Source of the DNA: Octopus sinensis
Taxonomy: Eukaryota
NCBI RefSeq assembly: GCF_006345805.1
Contig: NW_021832021.1
Span: 1 to 33,616, forward strand
Reading direction: 5' to 3'
Length of the DNA stretch: 33,616 nt
Each line of letters begins with the position of its first letter. The first letter of the stretch is position 1. The notes beneath the pieces were generated by a model, which did no database searches, had not been told where the DNA came from, and saw nothing but the letters and a program-made list of their open reading frames with translations. Position numbers and translations under genes: made by a program. Shown in pieces: positions 1-10,290 of the stretch.

Positions 1-85
1 AAGGCAATTCGTTGCTAAACCTTTATTGCTTAGTATATATATATCTATATATCTATATATAGTGTATGTATATATACATATATAA

Positions 86-272
86 AGTTAATCCAAACAA
101 CAAAGCACAAAAAAACACAACAACGCGAGGACGTGGAACAAATATAGTATTATTAGACGCTCAGGAAAGAAGGAAAGAAGGAAGGTTTAACTTTCGAGCG
201 GAGCTCTTCGTTGGAAACATAGGAGAAGGGAAGACAGAGGTAAAAAATCGCCAACGGTACACACGCGGTCAT
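86..272 (-). mobile_element. Non-autonomous PLE-like repeat (family P1), copy 1, with degenerate minimal hammerhead motif at ~185-218
   Basis: Near-identical to 2041-2245. Minus strand reads GTTT-CCAACGA-AGAGC-TCC-GCTC-GAAA-GTT-AAAC, a mutated version of the motif in copy 2. Confidence 0.6.
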
Positions 273-375
273 ATATATATATATATATACGTTTAAAATA
301 CAGAATGTATATATGTTTACATACAGAATAAAAATGATATCAGGATTTAAAGGGGTAGAATAAACATTTTACGGG

Positions 376-466
376 TCCAACAGCTGTTTCTGGGGGTTTG
401 GTTGTCCAAAATAATAATTGTAAAATTATTCCAGCGTCGGATAATACCAGCACCCTTCTTCAGGAA
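376..466 (-). ncRNA. Degenerate hammerhead-like motif with long stem-II insert
   Basis: Minus strand: TTC-CTGAAGA-AGGG...(~55 nt)...CCCCA-GAAACAGCTGT-T-GGA. Stem III is the palindrome ACAGCTGT. Confidence 0.35.
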
Positions 467-584
467 AGAATTTTACATTTGAGGTGTTCACAGAAAGATT
501 AAAGATGCTTATCCTTACATTTACTCCTCTACCTGCTCAAGTTTAAACCCCTTAAGCACTATAAAGTGTATTCTTTATAGAGAA

Positions 585-585
<1 letters not shown>

Positions 586-631
<46 letters not shown>

Positions 632-641
632 TATATATAGA

Positions 642-685
<44 letters not shown>

Positions 686-711
686 ATATATATATTATAT
701 ATATATATATA

Positions 712-744
<33 letters not shown>

Positions 745-750
745 TATATA
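586..750. repeat. Compound microsatellite (TATC)n-(TA)n-(TG)n
   Basis: Direct reading. Confidence 0.95.
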
Positions 751-1261
751 TTCATCTGATTCTTTTGTCTCTCTTCCCCCACTCTCTCCTCACATTTCTC
801 TGTCTTTCTCACTTTGCCCCATTGATTCTATTGCCAACCACTTTTGGCGCGCTCTGTTTCTTTTTCGCCCTCCCTCTCTCTCTTTGATTCCTTTGCCCCC
901 TTGTTTTTTTTCTGTCTCTTCTTCTCTACTCTCACGTGACTGCTGGTTAACTAGCCTTTCCGCTGGTGACCGCTGCTGTGACAACTGTGGCTTCTGTGTT
1001 CGTCTGCCGAAAATGCATTATTTTCAAAATACGCCCGCTAAGATAAGTTCAATTGTCTAAAGTCGTAAGACACCCGCTGTTTTTGTCCTGTTATTACCAT
1101 TCTTGTTTTTAATTTTATTTTTGTTTTCTGTACTTATATTCGTGTGGCATCGTCCGTTTTTCTGTCCTTGTTTCGTATACATTCGATCCTTTTTCTAAGA
1201 AATCTAATGCTCGCAGCTTCGTTTTTCCTTGGGGCTGACCGGATCTGAGCGATATCAGGAT

Positions 1262-1340
1262 TAATCAGCCGAAATTTGCTAGGACGATCCGGTTCTTTGT
1301 GTCGTCTCTCTGTGTTTTTTGCGTTCTTGTCCCATTTTAT
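1262..1340 (+). repeat. Unclassified interspersed repeat (family P2), copy 1
   Basis: Shares ATCAGCCGAAATT..GAGGATGATCCGGTTCT...TTTGCGTTCTTGTCCCATTT with 4931-5096 and 18996-19108. Confidence 0.65.
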
Positions 1341-2040
1341 ATATAATGTTTATACGTACATATATGTACTGTTCCGTGCAAACATTGTACTCCATCTAGT
1401 GAGATAAATATTATTTATTTAAAAACACAATACATATCTTTAAGTGCTATTAATTGATTCATATGTTGAGATATATCTCAAACATATTCTTCAGGAACAA
1501 ACCACATACCATAAGCAGCTAAAAAAATTGAATAAGTGAAGAAAAGCGAAAAAAAAAACTGAGAAGGCAGTATACAGAAAGCGCATATGGCTCCCCACAC
1601 GGCAAATATGTAGCCTCGGAAAAGTAATGGCAACGGTTACAAAATAGGATACACACACATTTCAATTTTAGCAATGATTTGAACCGCAGAGGATATATGT
1701 CCATGCATCACGCAGCCTGAAAGTTCTTTGGTCTCTCAAACAGCGGCTGATCATTTTTTCCACAACCAAAGAGATCTTTTTCTTTATTTCTGAAAGTAAT
1801 AAACCTATGAGCAGTACACCCCCACTCCGTAAAGAAAGACTTCACATTCGCTACCCGTTTTGTACCCAACCCCACGCTGTACGCTCTAAGAAAATCTCCA
1901 CCAAAACTACCCCCCACCATTCACGCAAGGCAGTAGTATTTTACACACGCACACACACACACACACACACACAACACACACACATATATATATATACATT
2001 ATATATATAATATATATATATATTATATAATATATTATAT

Positions 2041-2245
2041 AGTTAATCAAATATGAAAGTACAAAAAAACACAACAACGCGAGGACGTGGAACAAATATA
2101 GTATTATTGAACGCTCAGGAAAGAAGGAAAGAAGGAGGGTTTAACGTTTCGAGCGGAGCTCTTCGTCGGAAACATAGGAGAAGGAAAGATCCAGAGAAGG
2201 GAAGACAGAGGAAAAAAATCGCCAACGATACACACGCGGTCACAT
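2041..2245 (-). mobile_element. Non-autonomous PLE-like repeat (family P1), copy 2
   Basis: Second copy of 86-272, ending at a TA run; contains the hammerhead-like motif below. Confidence 0.65.
2139..2173 (-). ncRNA. Minimal type-I hammerhead-ribozyme-like motif (PLE type, U4C core variant)
   Basis: Minus strand GTTT-CCGACGA-A-GAGC-TCC-GCTC-GAAA-CGTT-AAAC: stem I GTTT/AAAC, stem II GAGC/GCTC, palindromic stem III (ACGT), cleavage triplet GUU. Confidence 0.55.
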
Positions 2246-2340
2246 ATATATATATATATATATTCTCAGACACATCACCACATGAATATACACGCAAATT
2301 GCGAAAGTGCCTCCGTTTGCTTGAAACACAGTAAAGCTAC

Positions 2341-2462
2341 TATTCCTCTTTTTTCTTTTACTCTTTTACTCGTTTCAGCCATTTGACTGTGGCCATGCTG
2401 GAGCACCGCGACGCCAGAATTTATTCTTTGTAAGCTTAGTACTTATTCTATCGGTCTCTTTT
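2341..2462 (-). mobile_element. tRNA-derived SINE family A, 3' tail fragment
   Basis: Matches the tail of the full copies at 13216, 19118 and 27760 (CTCTTTTACT..GTTTCAG.CATTTGACTG.GGCCATGCTGGAGCACCGC...AGTACTTATTCTATCGGTCTCTTTTG). Confidence 0.85.
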
Positions 2463-2480
2463 GTGTACAAAGTTATACAA

Positions 2481-3385
2481 AACTTCTATAATTATGAGTA
2501 TAATTATAATTAGGGTTCAGCAAAATTTGCTCACCACATACCGAAATTTAGAAATAGCAGTTAAAACTGCTATTCTACTACCATAAGATATCTCCCAGAC
2601 AGTAATACTCAATAACTCAAGCAGGATTCGTTATTTTTTTTTCTCTTTACCTGCGTGAGTTGTTGAGTATTGCTGTCTGGGTGATGTTTTATGGAAGTAG
2701 AATAGTAGTCTTAACTGCTATTTCTAAATTTTGGTATGTGGTGAACCAAATTTTGCTGAACTCTAATTATAATTATACTCATAATTTTTGTATAGCTTAG
2801 ACTTTTTGTATAAGTTTACCGATAATGGTTCTTTTAACATACCGAACTACTTGGTAAAATTATTAATTATTAATTAATCATTTAATTAATTAATTAATTT
2901 TGCCCTTTATTATTATTGATAATATAATTCTCTCCTGATAGTAAACTGAAGTTTCTGCGGAATTTTTACACGTTTTCACACGTGGGTGAGAGAGGAGGAA
3001 TACTAGATCTCATTCGTCTGTTTGAATTCGGAAGAACTGGTCTTTGGATATATGCTGTTTGATGGCACTTGGTCAAATACGTATGTTAATTACCAATGCT
3101 CTAAAATTTGAAATTTGAAATACTGTGCTGATGAAGAGAATGAGTGAGTAGAAATATGGTTTTACATTTTTCACGTTTCTCTAACTCCGAAGCGCGTATA
3201 CAGTTAATAAGAGCCGGGTGGATTCGTTATTTTTTTTCTCTTTACCTGCGTGGGTTGTTGAGTATTACTGTCTGGGAGATATCTTATGGTAGCAGAATAG
3301 TAGTTTTAACTGCTATTTCTAAATTTCGGTATGTGGTGAAGCACATTTTGCTGAACCCTAATTATAATTATACTCATAATTATAA
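2481..3385 (+). mobile_element. PLE-like remnant: inverted partial repeat (2481-2625) + direct repeats (2625-2786 and 3221-3385)
   Basis: About 135-160-bp unit (GATTCGTTATTTT...CCTGCGTGGGTTG...GCTGAACCCTAATTATAATTATACTCATAAT) occurs twice direct and once inverted. A degenerate CTGATGA..GAAA motif lies at 3128-3166 between the direct copies. Confidence 0.6.
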
Positions 3386-3522
3386 GAATTTATTGATGTA
3401 TATATGTGCTCATATATATATATACTATATATATATAAATATAACATATATACACATGTACATATATATGTATATATTTATTTATATCTATCCATATCTG
3501 TCTATTTCTCTCTCTCTCTCTC

Positions 3523-3563
<41 letters not shown>

Positions 3564-3799
3564 TACACAGACACACACACACACACATGCATACACAAAC
3601 ATACAGGGAGAGAGCGCAAAATAGATATAAATATACGTATGTTTATGTCTGTGTATATGTGTGTATACATGCGTGTGTGTCTGTGTGTGTGTGTATCGCC
3701 GGCACAGGTGGAGCCAATTTGACCCATCAGCTGCAACCAGAGGGACGAAAACAAATGTCACGTCCTGCTAGTCTTTCTAATGAGTTACACAGACCCCGG

Positions 3800-3880
3800 G
3801 TGGTGGTGGTGACGGTGGTGGTAGCAGTGGTGGTGGTGGTGGTGGTGGTGGTGGTGGTGGTGGTGGTGTTGGTGGTGTGC
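3800..3880. repeat. (GGT)n microsatellite
   Basis: Direct reading. Confidence 0.95.
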
Positions 3881-4094
3881 TAGTGGTGTTTGTGATACTA
3901 GCAACGATGGTGGTTAGTTTGGTCTTACTAGTTCCTTAGGTTTCACTGCTTCCTTGAACGTTGCCAATTGAAAATACATACGTACAATCATACATACATG
4001 TATATGTGTGTATGTGTGAGTCTGCGTCTTTGCGTATATGTGTGTGTGTGTGTGCGTGTGTAAGTGTGTGAGTGCGTATGTAACTCTATCTGTG

Positions 4095-4298
4095 TGTACT
4101 TGTCCTTGTCACCCAGCATCCCTTATCAACCGGTGTTGGTTCGTCTACGTTCTCGTAAGTTAGCTGTTCCGCAGAACAGACAGACAGAAGTACCAAACTT
4201 TAAAAACATTAAATATTGGGGTCGATTTGTTCGACTAAAGCTCTTTAAGTAGTGCCCCGGCATGGCCGCACTCTAATGACTGAAACAACAAGAAGATA
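4095..4298 (+). mobile_element. SINE family A, diverged 3' half
   Basis: GGGGTCGATTTGTTCGACTAAAG...GCATGGCCGCA...ATGACTGAAACAA matches the family A tail. Confidence 0.75.
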
Positions 4299-4367
4299 CA
4301 TATACATACATATATACATGAATACATATATACATACATATATACATACATACATACATATACATAC

Positions 4368-4406
<39 letters not shown>

Positions 4407-4524
4407 CATATATATACATACATACATATATATAACACATGTAAGATTCAGTTGCATTAGGATCTTAAATTGAGGCACCTTGCCAGTTCAGTATCGTCAG
4501 CAAAGCTCCAAGATGGATGAACAG

Positions 4525-4868
4525 AATGTAAATAAGTAACAAGGATGTACAAGTGTCAATACATTGCGGCCGTTTCAAGCGACTCCATTTAATTGATCCA
4601 AGGAAACATTACATCAGTTTGGCACAGAAATAACATTGCTGTCACACATGTAACATAAAGAAACAATGTAATTATTTTGGTTTCTATTATTGATATAAAT
4701 TTGGTAAAAATAGTTTATCATTTGTTTTTAAAATCAATAAGGTCATCTGCTTCTGAAGAGAGCGGTTTATTTCAAATTGATGTAATGTTTTCATTGATCA
4801 ATTAAATGGTGCTGTTTGAAACGGCCGTAATTTATTGATACATGTACATCCCTTTTACTTATTTACTT
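4525..4868. repeat. Inverted repeat, ~96-bp arms (4525-4621 / 4773-4868), each with GAAACGGCCG hammerhead-like half
   Basis: Reverse complement of the left arm (CAAACTGATGTAATGTTTCCTTGGATCAATTAAATGG..TTGAAACGGCCGCAATGTATTGACACTTGTACATCC) aligns with the right arm (CAAATTGATGTAATGTTTTCATTGATCAATTAAATGG..TTGAAACGGCCGTAATTTATTGATACATGTACATCC). Confidence 0.85.
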
Positions 4869-4930
4869 ATATATATATATATATATATAATATATATATA
4901 TATATAATATATATATATATAGCAACTCAA

Positions 4931-5096
4931 GATTCATCACCGCAAATTGCGAGGATGATCCGGTTCTTGACTGAGGATAGGAAGCTTCGAATGACCCGTC
5001 CTTGTTATTTTTGTATCGTCTATCTGGATGTTTTGTTGTCCCTTTTTTGTATCACCTAGTTGTCCGAATTTTTGCGTTCTTGTCCCATTTGTTTTT
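4931..5096 (+). repeat. Family P2 repeat, copy 2
   Basis: Aligns with 18996-19108 and 1262-1340; flanked by TA runs. Confidence 0.7.
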
Positions 5097-5119
5097 TCAT
5101 ATATATATATATATATGAT

Positions 5120-5153
<34 letters not shown>

Positions 5154-5159
5154 ATACCC

Positions 5160-5437
5160 TTTTGGTTCCCAAAATTTTCAAGTTGCCGCCCCATTGGGAC
5201 AAAAGCCAAATTCCCAGCACCTCCGCTCAACTGCTCACCACCACAAACATAACCCACTTTCTGAAACAAATTCAAAAGAACTATATTTCACAAATAAAAA
5301 TTCACCTAATGAACCCATTATTTTGATGTGTTCACCCACTTTTCACCACCCCATTATCACCCCGCTTTTCTTCAAAACCCATTTGAATCTTTCCAGCGCA
5401 CTCAGAGGAACACTACTGCCCATTTTATTGACCACTG
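5160..5437. mobile_element. Probable hAT-type MITE, decayed
   Basis: Left end GGTTCCCAAA..., right end ...TTGACCACTG resemble decayed CAGTGGTTCCCAAA-type TIRs, with subterminal GCCGCCCC/CTGCCC motifs. TSD not resolved. Confidence 0.45.
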
Positions 5438-5960
5438 ACTTAAGGGGATGACTCGAAATAAGGGGTAAACATTATTATTGTTTGCAAGTGTATCTAAATG
5501 ATTATGCAACTTACAATACGTAATTTGGAAAAGTCAATTATGATCAAATAAGTGAATGAATAATAATGGCGTGTTCATATTATTGTTTGCATGGCTGTGA
5601 AAATAATTACAAAAATTTATGTATGTCGATTATAACCCTCCGGTAATCGCAATAATATGCAAGGCGCAATGCTAATCAAATAATGGTAATATGATGTTCA
5701 ATGGAAAGTTAAGAGAAAGCATTTATATATGCAAAATCCTGGAAATTGATATAAAATTCTCAGAAAGAAGGTTAAATTTATTCTCTCAAAACCAAAATTG
5801 CAATATGCGAAGTAATATGCGTAGTACACCTCATAGGTTATAACAAATCGATATGCTCGGTGAAATAGGTAGAGAATTAATTGTAATGGTTTGGGCGAGT
5901 ATTAACATGATAACAGTGAAGATAATTACAAAGTGAAGTATTGACTGTGAGGTAAGAAGC

Positions 5961-6130
5961 TAGGCGCAGGTGTGGCTGTGTGATAAGAAACTTGCTTCCC
6001 GACCACACGGTTCTCGATTCAATCTCACTGCGTAGCGCTTTGGGTATGTATTTTCTACTATAGCCTCGGGGGGACCAAAGCGATGTGAGTGCATTTGGTA
6101 GATGGAAACTGACTGAAAGAAGCTTGGGTA
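5961..6130 (+). mobile_element. SINE family A, 5' half
   Basis: TAGGCGCAGG.GTGGCTGTGTG.TAAG head and GGAAACTGA..AAGAAGC, matching the reverse complement of the full copies. Confidence 0.85.
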
Positions 6131-6137
6131 TATACAG

Positions 6138-6210
<73 letters not shown>

Positions 6211-6217
<7 letters not shown>

Positions 6218-6821
6218 TTAGTGAGGGAAGAAATGGAGCTGAACGAAGATTTTACAAAATTCCTTTTTATTATTTTCTACACATGTTTCAAAGGCTGCAA
6301 ATTCCCTAATTCGGATTGAATAAGGAGACCATTTTGCAATTTTCTCTTCAGGAAAATCCAGAACTTAAATCTCCAAACAAATGCGCAGCAGCTTTTCGAA
6401 CAAACGCTCCCTAGGAGCCCATGTATGAATGGCACAAACTGTCTCTCAATATGCGTTGACGTCAGGGTGGGTGAAGGCCGACGAAAAAGTCCGTTGAGAT
6501 AATTCAAGGTCAAATTCGGTTAATTATCGAATTATCTCAACGGACTTTTTCGTCGGCCTTCACCCCCCTGACGTCAACGCATATTGAGAGACAGTTTTGT
6601 GCCATTCATACCATGGGCCTCCTAGGGAGCGTTTGTTCGAAAAGCTTGCTGCGCATTTGTTTGGAGATTTAAGTTCGTGGATTTTCCCGAAGAGAAGCTG
6701 CAAAATGGTCTCCTTATTCAATCCGAATTAGGGATTTGCAGCCTTTGAAAATGTGTAGAAAATAAAAAAAGGAATTTTGTAAATCTTCGTTCAGCTCCAT
6801 TTCTTCCGCACTAAATATATA
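6211..6821. repeat. Long fold-back palindrome, ~293-bp arms, 23-bp spacer (6506-6528)
   Basis: Left arm 6211-6505 is the reverse complement of 6529-6821, with about 14 differences counted by eye, mostly 1-bp indels. Confidence 0.95.
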
Positions 6822-6979
6822 AAACTTCAATTATCCGCACTGAGGCACGGTTGCGATACCCCATGGTCGTAACCTCAACCGTGATTTTTCTGTTGTGATT
6901 TTTGCTACCCAGGTACCGGTTTAATTTGAATACTCCGTAACAGATAATTCATAATAGATTTTTATATATTATCAATATA

Positions 6980-7018
<39 letters not shown>

Positions 7019-7020
7019 AG

Positions 7021-7070
7021 CATTCTGTCGGTTACGACAACGAAATTACGTGAAATTAACGTGCAAGTGG
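7021..7070 (-). mobile_element. SINE family C/D 3' fragment
   Basis: GTCGGTTACGAC and CGTGAAATTAACGTGCAAGTGG blocks shared with 20111, 26476 and 31556. Confidence 0.7.
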
Positions 7071-7640
7071 CCTTGGATCTAGGTTAGAAACCGGCTCTTT
7101 CTCTATTAGCATTTAAATATACATGAGCATGTCTAGATATGCAACTATGTGCATGAGAATACATAGATAAAATAAAATATACAAAGCTGCACATATACAT
7201 ACATACATAACCCAGATTACAAGCTCAGGTATATACCTGTAATTTTGGGGGCCCTGTGATATGAAAACTACTGCCTAGATACCAATCTTGAGAAATTAGG
7301 CTTCTCAAAACCTGAAAGGAGAAAGCTAATTCGAAGACTACAGATCCAATCCATCACTGGAACTGTAAAAATCTGTAAAACTTTACAGAAGTTTTTCTTT
7401 TAAATATATATATATATGAGCATGTCTACATATGCAACTATATGCATGAGAATACATACATGCATGCATACATGCATACATACATACATACATACATACA
7501 TACATACATACATACATACATACATACATACATACATACCCTGTTGATGTTGAAATTCCAATGAAGGAGCATTAGATCTAGGTTACAATCCAGTTCTTTC
7601 TCTATTGGGTTGACATATTGAAATAAAACTGAATAATAAC
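7071..7640 (+). mobile_element. Stacked 3'-end fragments of the Dong/R4-like LINE in an (ATAC)n tract
   Basis: The post-stop block GAGCATGTCTA.ATATGCAACTAT.TGCATGAGAATACATA occurs at ~7126 and ~7418. The block GATCTAGGTTA...TCTTTCTCTATT occurs at ~7076 and ~7576. Confidence 0.55.
7209..7403 (+). pseudogene. C-terminus of an RLE-type non-LTR retrotransposon protein (Dong/R4-like)
   Basis: In-frame NPDYKLRYIPVILGAL*YENYCLDTNLEKLGFSKPERRKLIRRLQIQSITGTVKICKTLQKFFF*. Resembles the PIVxGALG...LQxxxLxGTxxI end of R4/Dong-clade ORFs; one GGA>TGA stop. Confidence 0.75.
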
Positions 7641-7740
7641 ATACATACATTGATACATATATACGTATGTGCATACATGCATATATGCATACGTACATAC
7701 ATACATACGTACGTACACATATAAATATATACACGCACGC

Positions 7741-7998
7741 ATTCATATATACGTTAATACATACACATTAAGATACGCACAGTGTATACATACGAACGTA
7801 CATGCATACATACATGCATATATACATACGTACATACACACATACATGCATACATACATACATACATACATTCATATATACGTTAATACATACACATTAA
7901 GATACGCACAGTGTATACATACGAACGTACATGCATACATACATGCATATATACATACGTACATACACACATACATGCATACATACATACATACATAC
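7741..7998. repeat. Tandem duplication of a 129-bp unit within a TACA-rich tract
   Basis: ATTCATATATACGTTAATACATACACATTAAGATACGCACAGTG... starts at 7741 and again at 7870. Confidence 0.9.
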
Positions 7999-8129
7999 AT
8001 ACATACATACATACATACATACATACATACATACATACTACGTATTACACATACATACACGCATGCATATATACATTCATACATACAAATATACAGTACA
8101 TACATATATACATGCATAGATACACATGT

Positions 8130-8284
8130 CCTCCACTAGAACTACGACCACACCACTACCATTAACACCGCAATCTGCACTGCTTCTGCAACCATTGTCT
8201 ATATTGACGGTACCACCACGACACCACCACCACTACTCGAACACCAGCTGTTACGACCATCATTCCCATCACTATCATCATCAT

Positions 8285-8339
<55 letters not shown>

Positions 8340-8346
8340 CCACCAC

Positions 8347-8392
<46 letters not shown>

Positions 8393-9469
8393 GTTCTAAT
8401 CATTACGACGACCCATACACCACCGCCGCCAAAACTACAACCATCACCATCACCAACATCATTAAGAGCAACAGCAGCTACAGTACCACAGCACTACTGC
8501 CTCCACCACCAAGGTATCACCACCATTACCACTACCACCGCTACCACCACCGCCATCGTCTCCACTGCTACAACCATCACTTCCACACTTGCTGTCATCA
8601 TTTTCATGTACCCCCGACGCTCCCCCTCGATACCAGTGCTTTTATCATCCTCCTCATCACCATCACCACAACCATCACCACAACCACCACCACCACCACC
8701 ATCTTCTTCGTCATCAGTATCGCCACCACCCATCCCCGTCAACTACCACCACTATCTTCCTGACAGTCGCTATTAATGCCCTCATCAACACCACCACCAC
8801 TACCACTACTACAACTACTACTACAACCACCACCGAAAACACCATCGTCATAACCACCGCTATCACCAATACCACCACCACTACCAATACCACAACTACC
8901 ACCACCACCACCACTACCTCCAACACCGCTACCAGCACTCGCAATACCACCACCACCACCACTACCACCAATACCGCTACCGCCACTCCCAATACCACCA
9001 CCACCACCACCACTAACACCAATACCGCTACCGCCACTCCCAATACCACCACTACCACCACCACCACTAACACCGAATACCACCGACCACCCCGCCACTC
9101 CCCATACCACCACTACCCCCATCACTAACCCAATACCGCCACCGCCACTGCTCCAACCACCACACCACCATCATCCTCCCTGTGACAACCGGGCACCACC
9201 ATCTTTATCGTTATTGCTATCAATACTGTCAACACCCCCACCACCATGCATATCACACCATCATACCACCGTCAACACCCACACCATCATTAACCTCTCC
9301 CACCATTTAGACGGCTGCCATCACTGAAACCATCCTCACCTCCCTTTCATACCATTATCGCCACCTTAACATCAATGCCATAGCCATCGGTTCCATCTTT
9401 GTCACCACCATCTTCATCATCACCGCAACCAATACAGTCACACACGCACACAAACACATACACACACAA

Positions 9470-9500
<31 letters not shown>

Positions 9501-10290
9501 GACACACACACAAGCACACACACAAAAACACACAGAGACACACACAAACACAGAAACAGAAGCACACACGTACACAAACACACACACCACAAGCACACGC
9601 AAACACACACACACGCACACAGAAACACGCAAACATACACACAAACACACACACAAAATACACAAACACGTAAACACACACATACACAAACACATAACAC
9701 ATACCACACACACGCAAACACATACCACACACGTGCGCGCACACACAAACACGCAAGCACATACACACAAACACACACACATACATATATATATATATAT
9801 GTAAAAATAACTAACAACTAACAACAAAAACAACACCATCACCACCACCACTGCCACTACCACCACCACTACCACAAACTACAACAGAACTATCACTATT
9901 CTCACCACCCCCCCGCACCGCAATCAATACCATCTTCACCGCCACAACCATCACCATCATGATCATTACCAACACAACCGCCATCACCACAACCATCACC
10001 ACCAACAACAACACCCTCATCATCACCACAAAGCAATCACCATCACTATCACAACCACCATCAACAGCATAAACATGGTCATCACTAGCAACAATAACAA
10101 CAGCAACTAGAATACATCGCCATCACCACCGCCGCCACCATACCACCATCATCACCAACACCACCACCACCATCGCTAGCAACACACACACCGCCACCGC
10201 TATCATTACGATCACCCTACCCCCCACCATTTCTACCAATGAAATCACCATCATCATCATCGTCGTCATCTTCGTCGTCGTCATCACCAC
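8130..10290. repeat. Low-complexity tract: (ACC/ATC/ACT)n, a ~48-54-bp minisatellite at 8920-9080, degenerate (CA)n at 9440-9780
   Basis: Direct reading; units CAATACCGCTACCGCCACTCCCAATACCACC... repeat three times. Confidence 0.9.

Noticed and set aside
1361-1930. Coding-looking segment (ORFs 1519-1704 and 1708-1920)
   Set aside because: No recognisable motif in any frame I translated; probably an unclassified TE interior.
4931-5010. Possible hammerhead in family P2 (CTGAGGA/CTGAAG...CTTCGAATGACCCGTC)
   Set aside because: GAAT instead of GAAA, and no stem I pairing in any of the three copies; kept only as an unclassified repeat.
8126-9128. Poly-His/Thr/Pro/Gly ORFs suggesting a mucin-like or Gly-rich protein
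   Set aside because: Trinucleotide low-complexity tract open in multiple frames on both strands; no splice signals or non-repetitive coding context.
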